NCBI RefSeq assembly: GCF_001194135.2
Contig: NC_068991.1
Span: 80,538,877-80,597,657, forward strand
Direction: 5' to 3'
Length of the DNA stretch: 58,781 bases
From: Octopus bimaculoides
Taxonomy: Eukaryota
The notes under the pieces were generated by a model. That model saw nothing but the letters and a program-made list of their open reading frames with translations. It had not been told where the DNA came from and did not search any database. Below are positions 1-11,672 of this stretch, piece after piece; within the stretch, counting starts at the first letter, position 1; every line of letters begins with the position of its first letter. Position numbers and translations under genes: made by a program.

Positions 1-1746
1 GTAATGCTCGCATGATGAGTAATGCTCCCAGGTGGAGTAATGCTCGCATGATGAGTAATGCTCGTATGATGAGTAATGCTCACAGGATGAGTAATGCTCG
101 CATGATGAGTAATGCTCACATGATGAGTAATGCTCGCATGACGAGTAATGCTCGTATGATGAGTAATGCTCGCATGATGAGTAATGCTCCCAGGTGGAGT
201 AATGCTCGCATGATGAGTAATGCTCCCAGGTGGAGTAATGCTCGCATGACGAGTAATGCTCGTATGATGAGTAATGCTCCCAGGTGGAGTAAAGCTCGCA
301 TGTTGAGTAATGCTCGTATGATGAGTAATTCTCCCAGGTGGAGTAATGCTCGCATGATGAGTAATGCTTGCATGATGAGTAATGCTTGCATGATGAGTAA
401 TGCTCCCAGGTGGAGTAATGCTCGCATGATGAGTAATGCTTGTATGATGAGTAATGCTCACAGGATGAGTAATGCTCGCATGATGAGTAATGCTCCCAGG
501 TGGAGTAATGCTCGCATGATTAGTAATGCTCCCAGGTAGAGTAATGCTCGCATGATGAGTAATGCTCCCAGATGGAGTAATGCTCGCATGATGAGTAATG
601 CTTGCATGATGAGTAATGCTCCCAGGTGGAGTAATGCTCGCATGATGAGTAATGCTCGTATGATGAGTAATGCTCGCATGATGAGTAATGCTCGCATGAT
701 GAGTAATGCTCACATGATGAGTAATGCTCGCATGACGAGTAATGCTCGTATGATGAGTAATGCTCCCAGATGGAGTAATGCTCACATGATGAGTAATGCT
801 CGCATGACGAGTAATGCTCGCATGATGAGTAATGCTCCCAGGTGGAGTAATGCTCGCATGATGAGTAATGCTCCCAGGTGGAGTAATGCTCACATGATGA
901 GTAATGCTCANNNNNNNNNNNNNNNNNNNNNNNNNNNNNNNNNNNNNNNNNNNNNNNNNNNNNNNNNNNNNNNNNNNNNNNNNNNNNNNNNNNNNNNNNN
1001 NNNNNNNNNNNNNNNNNNNNNNNNNNNNNNNNNNNNNNNNNNNNNNNNNNNNNNNNNNNNNNNNNNNNNNNNNNNNNNNNNNNNNNNNNNNNNNNNNNNN
1101 NNNNNNNNNNNNNNNNNNNNNNNNNNNNNNNNNNNNNNNNNNNNNNNNNNNNNNNNNNNNNNNNNNNNNNNNNNNNNNNNNNNNNNNNNNNNNNNNNNNN
1201 NNNNNNNNNNNNNNNNNNNNNNNNNNNNNNNNNNNNNNNNNNNNNNNNNNNNNNNNNNNNNNNNNNNNNNNNNNNNNNNNNNNNNNNNNNNNNNNNNNNN
1301 NNNNNNNNNNNNNNNNNNNNNNNNNNNNNNNNNNNNNNNNNNNNNNNNNNNNNNNNNNNNNNNNNNNNNNNNNNNNNNNNNNNNNNNNNNNNNNNNNNNN
1401 NNNNNNNNNNNNNNNNNNNNNNNNNNNNNNNNNNNNNNNNNNNNNNNNNNNNNNNNNNNNNNNNNNNNNNNNNNNNNNNNNNNNNNNNNNNNNNNNNNNN
1501 NNNNNNNNNNNNNNNNNNNNNNNNNNNNNNNNNNNNNNNNNNNNNNNNNNNNNNNNNNNNNNNNNNNNNNNNNNNNNNATACTCCCAGGTGGTGTAATGC
1601 TCGCATGATGAGTAATGCTCGCATAATGAGTAATGCTCGCATGATGAGTAATGCTCGCATGATGAGTAATGCTCCCAGGTGGAGTAATGCTCGCATGATG
1701 AGTAATGCTCCCAGGTGGAGTAATGCTCACATGATGAGTAATGCTC
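1..1746. repeat. 18-bp variant minisatellite (GAGTAATGCTC + 7-nt variable part), interrupted by an N-gap at 911-1578
   Basis: Constant GAGTAATGCTC followed by GCATGAT, CCAGGTG, ACATGAT, GTATGAT, GCATGAC, ACAGGAT or CCAGATG. The 18-nt period explains the MMSNAR / EHYSSC / ALLIMR ORFs. Confidence 0.97.
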
Positions 1747-2660
1747 AAATAATTTAATAACAACATGGGAACCTTTATCACTTTCTGACTGAGCCACCTT
1801 TGAAATGTAAAGTTTTTAATTCATTAATTCCTTTAGGCAATAGACATGAAATTTCATTACTTTTTATTGCTTATTATTTATTTGATTAATTAATTTTTTA
1901 TTGTTTATTATTTATTTAGTTATCTACTTTTTTTTCACTTATTTTGTTTTTTATGTTATCATCAGGGAAACTTTCTGTACTCGTTTTATTTAACCAACTA
2001 CTCAATGTTTCGAATTCATGTGATGCAATGGATATAGCTGGCATCTAGAAAACCAAATCAAGTTATGATGTCATACACTCCCCTCAGATAAATAATTATA
2101 TGTTAATTACAAACAGATAATTACTTTATGGACAAATTCATGATGCAACTCTATCATCATTTAGTAGCATGGCCAATGGCCATTTTATATATCTATAAAG
2201 GCAAGTTTAAATTGATTTCTCATTTTATGAGGAGAATGTTGCATCATGTTTATTGTTAGGAAGATCATATTTTGTGGCATGAAAGTCAATGTGGTATAAA
2301 ATGTAAACATTCAAACATTGTCACTGTCTGTTCATATTCTGCTACATTTCACATAGAATTTTTAGTCCTCCAAAGTCGTCTTGGTGTTTATACCAAGCTA
2401 CCTTTTATGTAAGTAATGTTCGGTCTGAAAAATTCAGCTTGCATGCTGGAAGATACTGCACCTTGAAAAGCTCTCAGAGACTTTAGTTTCTCATAAGGAA
2501 TATTATCAGGAAAAATGATAAAAAGAAGAAAGAATCTCTGTAAAAGAGACAGAAGAAAAAATTGCAAATTTAGAAAAAGAATTGTCAAAATATGAGAGAT
2601 TGGATTGGATTGGATAACTGCTTTTTATTCAGGACCACATAGAGTCCATAGCACCAGAGA

Positions 2661-2832
2661 CACTAGCATAGCTAGAGTGTGTGCCACCCAGAATGGCCCT
2701 TCCGTTTGGCATCTCTGGACCCCACAAAAAAATCATATTACTTACTGCAGACCCAAAAGTGGTGCCCCTTTAAAAGTTCCACCCAGGGTGGACCACCTCT
2801 ACAGTACCCCACCCACCCCAGCTACACTAGTG
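2661..2832. mobile_element. hAT-type MITE
   Basis: TIRs CACTAGCATAGCTAG ... CCAGCTACACTAGTG; perfect 8-bp TSD ACCAGAGA at 2653-2660 and 2833-2840. Confidence 0.92.
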
Positions 2833-3702
2833 ACCAGAGAATGAACATTCTGGAGACTTGCTATATACGTTCAGCTTCATTGTAGATGTGATTCCCTACT
2901 TGGAAAATTGGCATTCAGCTGTCATATTGTATCATGGTATAAGGCTCCCCTAAACACAAAGCAAGGAAAATCTATTAGAATTTGGTTGTTTGTCTAAAAT
3001 TCTATTTTCTAACTGAATGATACAAATGTCACTGCCCTTAACCCTGACTTAAGGATCTGATGACAGGTTCTTATCTGGTCAGGTTTTATCAAAGATGAAA
3101 GTTGAACTTAAGGTGTCAAAGTACTTTGCTGTAATTAATGATCTTATCAACTGATATCTTTACACTATGCCATGGTAAATGATGTTGTAATAGAACAACT
3201 ATTACAATCCTGTGCATCATCTGGAACAAGAGTTGAAGTTCCTCCACCACCACCACCACCACCACCACCACCTCCACCACCAAAATTTCAAGAATACTTA
3301 ACATGTTCCATAACTTTGTGCAATGCTCAATCTTACAATCAAGTAAGCACCATATTCGGTGAAATATTTGACCTCCAAAGATTACGGAACTTTCTCCCAC
3401 TATATTCTTTATACACTTTAGTGCACATTTAATTGATGCAATCAACTCCAATATTCAAACCTCATCTGGAATTTTTGGTTATTGTTTATTTTTTTCTTTT
3501 ATTTTTGTATTGAACTCCTGGAAGGATCTTTTTGCTGACAGTTTACCTCATCTTTCATTACTAAAAGACGATGGATGTGATCACATCAGATCTTTCACAC
3601 AGATTCTGAGGAACTTTGGGATACAAGATGAGCAACCAGAAAATCAAAGTAGAGGAAATCTTGTGGAATTTACTGGCACCAGTAGCTGTTGCTCTGTAAA
3701 GA

Positions 3703-3769
3703 ATTCTGAAAGGTGAGCTAAAAGACTGCACCCCTGATTCTGAAAGGTGAGCTAAAAGACTGCACCCCT
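3703..3769. repeat. 34-bp tandem duplication
   Basis: ATTCTGAAAGGTGAGCTAAAAGACTGCACCCCT occurs twice with a 34-nt period, which frameshifts the decayed ORF. Confidence 0.95.
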
Positions 3770-5086
3770 AAATAGTTTGCTGAGGTAGAGGATTTATTAC
3801 TGATGAATTCTTAGTCGTTCTCATATTCTGGAGTATGATGTGAGACAAGGCTTTCAATTTATCTGTAAATCTACAAAAAGAATTCAAGATCTACTAACAT
3901 CTTGTCATTTGATTCAGCTTTCTGAAAAAGATATGAAAAACATGCAAAATGAGTATGAAGCTTCATTTAAGGAGGTTAAGATTGAAAATAGGATATTAAT
4001 ATGGAATACAAAACAACATAGAGAATGTAAAAGAAAAAAGATTCCACAATAAATTTGCAGAGGGTGAAGGAATAAATGATATCCAAAAGAAGTTTGTAGT
4101 TGAATTGTACTCAATTTTCTTTGGTTCTATTATAAATAGTTCAGGTATGTTTGGCTTTTTAAAAAAAAAACCTAGCTTTTAAATGTAGTGTTTTAATTCC
4201 AAAGTATTTTGATAATGCTGATAACATACATTAGAATTTTTCATAAACACACAGTCAGACGTCATCCACAGTCAAGCTGAAATCATACAAGAGTTGCTTT
4301 CATTCAATGACACACACAAAGAGATAAAGAACACTAACAATATAATGAAGTGTCAAGGTAATTAACCCTCTAAGCACATTTGTTTTTTTTTTCTAATCTG
4401 ACCAATAACAAACACAGTTACAAAACAATCTATTCACTAGTTCAAGCATGTAGTTTCATACCTTCGCTCTACAATGGACAACGACAGATTAATTAAGCTT
4501 GTTTTTCTCTTTATTAAAAGACATTTGGCTTTAGAAATAGGTTATAAGAAAGTGATCGATAACATTTCAAGAAGGAATTTCAAATGATAGAGGTTGTCAT
4601 AGTAACTGCAAACATGTTCATTTCTTTCATCAGTGTGTGTGTGTGTCATATCAAATGAACTCCCATCATTAAGAGGCATGAAGCAGTGAAACTGTCTGAG
4701 ATAAAAATCTCTTCATAGACTTGTTGTGTTAAAAAAAAAAAAAAACAGTATATATATTTTGCAGAAGCTTGCAAGGCTTTAGAAAACCTTAGAATACACA
4801 ATTGAAACAACATGGAATTAAAATTGGATTTTGTTTTAAGCAGATGACAACTGAAAGCATTGAATTGACAAACCTCAACCGAAGTGAGTCACAGCAGCAG
4901 TGATGTTCCTCTTGCTCCAATATATATTAGACTTTTAAAACAAGTCTGTGAAGAATCTCAGACAATTCAGCAATATCATTAGCCTGCTAATGGTTTGTAT
5001 ACATTTAGTATGATACACAGATGACAATTTTAATGTAATACTGTTTCAATCGTGTATACCAAGATTATTATTCTTATATCTTTTTA

Positions 5087-5252
5087 TCTTTTACTTGCTT
5101 TAGTCATCGGACTGCAGCCATGCTGGAGCACCACTTCGACAAGTTTAGTCAAACAAATTGACCTCCAGTACTTATTCTATTGGTCACTTTTGCCAAACCA
5201 CTAAGTTACAGGGATGTAAACAAGCCAACACTAGCTGTCAAGTGATGGTGAG
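5087..5252 (-). mobile_element. 3' half of CORE-type tRNA SINE
   Basis: Reverse complement matches the 3' half of the copy at 7905-8284 (GGTGCTCCAGCATGGCTGCAGTC...TGACT...AAGTAAAAGA). Confidence 0.85.
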
Positions 5253-5262
5253 AATAAACACG

Positions 5263-5263
5263 T

Positions 5264-5315
<52 letters not shown>

Positions 5316-5586
5316 NNNNNNNNNNNNNNNNNNNNNNNNNNNNNNNNNNNNNNNNNNNNNNNNNNNNNNNNNNNNNNNNNNNNNNNNNNNNNNNNNNNNN
5401 NNNNNNNNNNNNNNNNNNNNNNNNNNNNNNNNNNNNNNNNNNNNNNNNNNNNNNNNNNNNNNNNNNNNNNNNNNNNNNNNNNNNNNNNNNNNNNNNNNNN
5501 NNNNNNNNNNNNNNNNNNNNNNNNNNNNNNNNNNNNNNNNNNNNNNNNNNNNNNNNNNNNNNNNNNNNNNNNNNNNNNNNNNNNNN

Positions 5587-5622
<36 letters not shown>
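5263..5622. repeat. (CA)n / gap / (TG)n microsatellite
   Basis: Directly visible; flanks the N-run 5316-5586. Confidence 0.95.
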
Positions 5623-5627
<5 letters not shown>

Positions 5628-6368
5628 TATGTATGAGTATCAGTTTTTTTTTTTTTTTTGGTTTTGACCTTTAATCAGGAGGGAAAGTAGTGTCTATGAC
5701 TGTTTACAAGGCCTCCAAGATGGTGGAGTTGTTGGAGGAAGATATCCTTGAACTGGAAAGCTGGTTTGAAATGCTTTTATCAGAATAGATTCTGATAAAA
5801 GCACCCAAGACATACTCGGTGGTGTTTTACTGGACAATGGATTAAATCAACCAACCAAGAGTCAGAATAGACACCACAAGGCATTGTACCCTATAAATTC
5901 TTACAGTTCCACTAATCCACTACCCTGAATTGGTTTTGTTTTAATACTGACCCCCAGCAAAAGAAAGAAAGGTATAGCTGACCTCGGCAGAATTTGAACT
6001 CAAAACTAAAGAGTCAGAACAGATAACACAGGACATTTTGTCATCAAATTCTTAAAGTCAATCCATTATCCTGGATTGATTCTGTTTTTATAGACTCTGA
6101 AAAAAAGAAAAGTTGACTTTGAATTCAGCAACTCAGAACAGATACCACAAAGCATTCTGTCTGACTTGGCCTAAATGTATCTAAGAGTATCATCTAAATG
6201 TATGCACCAAGTTGAGTGTTACCGTTTCACATTTAGATTGAAATAAGGGAAAGAGTGGCACCTGAGTCTTTTTGGCTCTGTAACTTTTTCTGTTTCTTTC
6301 TAAAAAATTTAATGATGATATATTCACTTTTAATACATTTTTGGCAGATTCAAACAGGAAAGGATGTT

Positions 6369-6599
6369 TTAACTTCTGGTGAGTTTTGTCTTCAGAGAAC
6401 AGTTTCTCCCTTTTATTGATGTACGTTCAGAACAAACTTCATTCATTGATATTAGTGGACCTTGAAACACCTCAATGTTTTGATCTGGTTGTGTATCCTT
6501 AGTCAAAGCTACTTCCAGATCAATGAATCTAAGCAAGAATGATGGTTCTTCTTTATAGGATTCAGTGGACAAACAACCTGTGTTATGAACAGACAGCAT
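6369..6599 (-). CDS. candidate terminal coding exon, product unknown
   Basis: Good acceptor ttttacccttcag|ATG at 6600/6599, then 76 non-repetitive open codons to TAA. No recognised homology. Confidence 0.3.
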   Translation of the reverse strand: MLSVHNTGCLSTESYKEEPSFLLRFIDLEVALTKDTQPDQNIEVFQGPLISMNEVCSERTSIKGRNCSLKTKLTRS

Positions 6600-7182
6600 C
6601 TGAAGGGTAAAACTATTTTCTCAAGACAAAACAGTAATTAACATATTCATTTGTAATTAAAATCGGTTGGAACTTGTCAAAAATGACTATGTACATCATT
6701 GGTTTGGATTACACTGTCCTGTGTACATGGTAATTTTAGAAAAAAAAACCTGTTTCTCTTTTGGTCAATAGTAAGTTGCTTTTTCTAGTGTTAAAGCTAC
6801 TTACAGAAAACCTAAGAATATTGCATACCCTGAGGCATTGGTAAAATTTACTGTTTAGAAAAATAATCTATTTAAATTGATTATATAAATTAGTGTAGCA
6901 CTTTAAAAAACAAGCATGTTTTCCCAGAAAAACAAAAATGAATGAAAGAGTAACATTTTTCTTCAGATTCTATACTTGTCTTTTTTTGGGGGGTTTTCTT
7001 TGTTTATTATTTTGTGCATTTGTATGAAACTCAGCTTTATAGAATTTTTCTGAATTTTTCTATAAAACAATTTGGAGTAAATAAACTGTTTCGGAACAGC
7101 TAAAGATTGTTAGCATCTTTTTATGACAATCTATCCAAAATGTGAGGAGTTTATGTGATTGTAGATACTTATACTGTTTCTA

Positions 7183-7213
<31 letters not shown>

Positions 7214-7238
7214 TGTATGTATATATGTATGTATGTAA

Positions 7239-7344
<106 letters not shown>

Positions 7345-7359
7345 AATCCCAAACAGAAG

Positions 7360-7520
7360 AAAAAACACAAAAAAAAGCACAACAATGCGAGGACATGGTG
7401 GTACATGTAAAATATTAGCAGACGCTCAGGGAAGGAAAGAAAGGTGCTTTAATGTTTCGAGCAAAGCTCTTCTTCAGGAACAGAGAAAAGTCCAAAAGAA
7501 AGGAAGACGGAGGCAGAAAA
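7360..7520 (-). mobile_element. Penelope-like terminal repeat remnant with degenerate hammerhead core
   Basis: Minus strand CTGAAGA-A-GAGC-TTT-GCTC-GAAAC-ATT at 7477-7451. Penelope-like elements are known to carry such minimal hammerheads. Confidence 0.55.
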
Positions 7521-7904
7521 TCACCAATGATTCACATGTCGGTACCTCCATAAAATATAAACCCCTGAACAAGTATAACCTTTATCAAAATTATGATAGA
7601 ATCCTAATGAAGGACAATCACATGGTGTCAATGTATAATATGTACAGTAAAACCAACATAAAGGGAAAAGTGCAAGAACTCCCACAAAATAGGTTTAGCC
7701 CTGCATGAAAATATGAGATACAATAGATTCAAAGCCCAACAACACACACAAAAGAAAATCAAACGCATCAAATATATACATCCTATCTTCAGCTGCCAAA
7801 TGGATATCATTATGCTTTTAACACCTGGACAGTATTATTCATTTTGGTCAGCAGCATTAAAAACATAAACACTGCTTGGGAATTAATAGAAAAGAAGCAG
7901 AAGC

Positions 7905-8052
7905 CAGACTGGTAAGAAGCTTGCTTCCAAGCTACGTGGTTCTGGGTTCAGTCCCACTGCATGGTACTTTGGGCAAATGTCTTCTACTATAGCCTCAAGC
8001 TGATGAAAGCTTTGCAAGTGGATTTGGTAGATTGAAAGTGAAAGAAGCCCGT

Positions 8053-8091
<39 letters not shown>

Positions 8092-8284
8092 TTGTGTTTA
8101 TCCCCCACCATCACTTGACAGCCGATGTTGGTGTGTTTATATCCCTTTAGCTTAGCAGTTCGACAAAAGATACCAATAGAATAAGTACTAGGCTTACAAA
8201 GAATAAGTTCTGAGGTCAATTTGTTCGACTAAAGGTGGTGCTCCAGCATGGCTGCAGTCAAATGACTGAAACAAGGAAAAGAAT
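7905..8284 (+). mobile_element. near full-length CORE-type tRNA SINE with internal (TG)n
   Basis: tRNA-like head (TGGTAAGAAGCTTGCTT...GGTTCAGTCCC), CORE-like TTGGGCAAATGTCTTCTACTATAGCC, internal (TG)n, tail GACTGAAACAAGGAAAAGAAT. Many copies in the window. Confidence 0.9.
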
Positions 8285-8450
8285 CTTCTTATTGCTGCAC
8301 AACACAAATACAAACATTAAAATTCAAACCCAGAATCACCACGGTCATGAAGGGCAGAAATTTAGAGGATCATCATCGAAATGGAGATTGCCACATTGAG
8401 AAGCATAGAACCCGAAAACCATAAAACACTAATATAATACACTTTTTCAA

Positions 8451-8490
<40 letters not shown>

Positions 8491-8672
8491 CNNNNNNNNN
8501 NNNNNNNNNNNNNNNNNNNNNNNNNNNNNNNNNNNNNNNNNNNNNNNNNNNNNNNNNNNNNNNNNNNNNNNNNNNNNNNNNNNNNNNNNNNNNNAGAGAC
8601 CGAAACAAGTAGAAGAATAAAAGAATAAAACAATACACTTAGATAAATCATACAGATAAATTAAATAGATAA

Positions 8673-8711
<39 letters not shown>

Positions 8712-9931
8712 TGTGTATCCATATCTATATATATTAATAAAGACATATATATATATGTGTGTATATATATATGTGTGTGTGTGTCCAAATATATATATAT
8801 ATGTATATATATATGGACAGGGACACACACACACATATATATGTGTATGCTATAAATAAATGATCTTTCATGGCTGGAAGATGTTTATCAATGTGTTATT
8901 ATCAGTTTTATCTCCTTTAGACACTTGTTTAGAAGTGTGTGTGTGTATGCATGTGTGTGTGTGTGTCTGTGTGTGTGTGTCTGTGTGTGTGTGTGTGTGC
9001 ATGACATAAAAGCAAGGACTTATGCTTATCAGCTCCTTCTCAAGAAAACCATTAATTAGCCCCATTAATTAGCCCCATTAACACCAAGAATTGAAACAGA
9101 AAGTCAGACACCAACACACTTCTTCCAAGTTTCTTAGTTTAGCCTCTGATTAAGAAAACCTATTCTTCACAGATGTTCCAGCCATGACGGTCCTTTCAGT
9201 TTTTAAGTTTTGTGTTGTTTTTGTTTCTTCAGCACAAGTACATCTAACACTATATTACTGAATATGTTTCTTTTTTAAGATGTTAGGTTGCTTGACTTGA
9301 GAAAGATTTAATTGCTATTTCTTGCAATCATCATTGCCACCATCAGTACAACACCGCCACCATCATAAACACTACCATTGCTACAACCATCATCCCAACC
9401 ACCACCACCACCGCCACTGCCACCTTATTCATTAACTAGTAAACATAAAAATGTATATATTTTGTAAACAAGAAGAAGTTTCTATTTTTGAAGAATAACA
9501 TTTGAAACTGGGAAATATATAAATGTATGTAGACATTAATTAGTAACTCAGTAGTTCCTGCTTCATGAAAGAAAAAAAAACAAGAACAATAACAAGAAGA
9601 ACGGAAACTGCATTCTTTATTGCTTAGCAACAAAAGGGGAAAAGTTGTTTTTTTTATCTTTTTAACTTTTTTCTTTTTTCTATTTGGTTTTTGGTTTTAC
9701 ATTACAGACTGATAATCTTTCGGCTTTGGTTCACTGTTCTGATGAATTTACATCATACTTTTTTATTTCTGTTGCTGTTGGATTGTTTATTTTGTTTTGC
9801 TTTCCTTTTTTTCTTAATATAAGTAAAAAAAATTGTTAAACAAGAACACAGTTGCTGCTGTATTTTGATGTATACACAGGTTATGAGTTTGTTATCATAA
9901 GTCATATACACATGTGCTATGCGCGTGAGTA

Positions 9932-10014
<83 letters not shown>

Positions 10015-10089
10015 GTGTGAGCAGATAGGCACATGCTTACACACACACACACACACACACACATTTAGACATATAGCTAATTATACCTC

Positions 10090-10620
10090 CACCCATCCAA
10101 TCTCTACTTGTTGACCCTTCCCAACACATACCCCACACCCCAAACCTCTTTATTTCTACTGAATGTTCCTCTCATATTTACATTGACACTGCTCCCACCA
10201 CCACCACCACCATTTTTCTGTCATTCATCATAACCACCCCTACATGCCTCTGACTTCCATCTCTGTCACTGTGCATTTTCTCTCTGCCCCACACTCCACA
10301 TCTCCCTGTCTCTAAATCTCTTTAGTGGGGGGTTGTAACACTGTTGCTCTCTACCCCCACCCCCATTGTTACCTATCACCTCATCCCCACTGACTCACTC
10401 CTACTTTCCTTACCCTCCACTAAACAGAGATTCCCTAATGACCACGCCTTCACCCATGTTCAACATTCACTGCAACCACTTCCATCCTCCTTTCCTATTC
10501 TCATGAACCTATCCCCAACAACCACCCTCAATTCCCCATTCTCTCTCTCCATCCACCTTATTGTAACTTAACAATGCACTCTGATAATTCTTCTCCACCA
10601 CCATTACTCCAATTCCTGCT
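10090..10620 (+). mobile_element. possible ancient Penelope-like remnant
   Basis: C-rich strand; PIVTYHL resembles the PLVLTYHP motif upstream of Penelope GIY-YIG domains. Heavily decayed. Confidence 0.3.
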
Positions 10621-10662
10621 GGAGTAGCCATTTGTTCTCTCATCAGGCACAGATGATGTATA

Positions 10663-11240
10663 TCATCATCATCATCATCGTTTAACATCCACTTTCCATG
10701 CTGGCATGGGTTGCACAGTTTGATTGAGGACTGGCAAACCAGATGGCTGCACCAGGCTCCAATCTGATCTGGCAAAGTTTCTCCAGGTGGATGCCCTTCC
10801 TAACACCAATCACTCCGAGAGTGTAGTGGGTGCTTTTACATGCCACCTGCATGGGAGCCAGTCCGGCGGCACTGCAATGGCCATGCTTGAATGTTGTTTT
10901 TCACATGCCACCTGCACATGTGCCATTATGGCAACGCTGGCAATGATCACACTCGAATGGTGCTTTTTACATGCACTAGTCATTGCCTCCGTGAGGCCTA
11001 ATGTTCGAAGGTCATGCTTCACCACCTCATCCCAGGTCTTTCTGGGTCTACCTCTTCCACAGGTTCCCTCAACTGCTAGGCTGCGACACTTTTTCACACA
11101 GCTATCCTCATCCATTTGCACCACATGTCTATACCAGTGCAGTCGTCTCTCTTGCACACCACATTTGATGCTTCTTATGTCCAACTTTTCTCTCAAGGCA
11201 CTTACACTCTGTCATCTATGCACACTGACATTACACACAA
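10663..11240 (-). mobile_element. RTE-clade LINE 3' end with (GAT)n tail
   Basis: Translation REKLDIRSIKCGVQERRLHWYRHVVQMDEDSCVKKCRSLAVEGTCGRGRPRKTWDEVVKHDLRTLGL; same family as 54975-55915. Confidence 0.92.
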
Positions 11241-11244
11241 CTTG

Positions 11245-11672
11245 TGACTGGAGATGAAAAAAGGATTGTGTTTGAAAACGTAGTGCGAAAAAGATCCTGG
11301 AGTTTGTGTAAGGATCCCCCAAAACAGCAACCAAAGTTATGCTTTGTGTTTGGTGGGAAGGTAAAGGTGTTATTTATTATGAGCTTCTACCACAAAACCA
11401 GACCATTAATACTGATGTATGCTGTCATCAGCTGGCTAATTTGAAACAAAAAAATCAAAGAATTGAGGCTAGAGATTGCCAAAACGAAAGGGGTAGTGTT
11501 CCAACAAGACAATGCCCAACCACAAGTGTCTTTGATTAACCAAACAAACTTACATGAACTTGGTTGGGATTTCCTATGCCATCCACCACATTCTCCTGAT
11601 ATTACACCATCCGACTACCATTTGTTTTTGTCTTGATAGAACTCATTGCAAGGAAAAACATTTAATGATTTA
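11245..11672 (+). mobile_element. mariner (DD34D) transposase remnant
   Basis: VTGDEK, KVMLCVWWEGKGVIYYELLPQNQTIN and ELGWDFLCHPPHSPDITPSDYHLFLS (the YSPDLAPSDY motif), with stops and frameshifts. Confidence 0.93.

Larger units (their letters stand above)
2430..4050 (+). pseudogene. decayed intronless coding region of unknown family
   Basis: One frame reads KIQLACWKILHLEKLSETLVSHKEYYQEK**KEERISVKETEEKIANLEKELSKYERLDWIG*LLFIQDHIESIAPE and continues ENEHSGDLLYTFSFIVDVIPYLENWHSAVILYHG once the MITE plus one TSD is removed. Later segments (KIKVEEILWNLLAPVAVAL*RILKGELKDCTPK*FAEVEDLLL; RQGFQFICKSTKRIQDLLTSCH) are protein-like with scattered stops and frameshifts. Confidence 0.55.

Noticed and set aside
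1-1746. CRISPR array (palindromic repeat plus variable spacers)
   Set aside because: The variable part is only 7 nt, drawn from a few related variants; eukaryotic context; no cas genes.
12-1757. Reflectin-like Met-rich repeat protein
   Set aside because: MMSNAR lacks the MD(X)5MD motif and Tyr/Asp content of reflectins; the ORFs follow from the 18-nt period.
3172-3432. Formin/WASP-like polyproline gene
   Set aside because: The proline run is a (CCA)n microsatellite; no FH2 or WH2 sequence is nearby.
5263-5622. Biological inverted (CA)n/(TG)n hairpin
   Set aside because: The arms are separated by an N-gap and may reflect scaffolding or orientation artefacts.
7905-8000. tRNA genes at SINE heads
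   Set aside because: Only A/B-box-like remnants without a complete cloverleaf, always followed by SINE body and tail.
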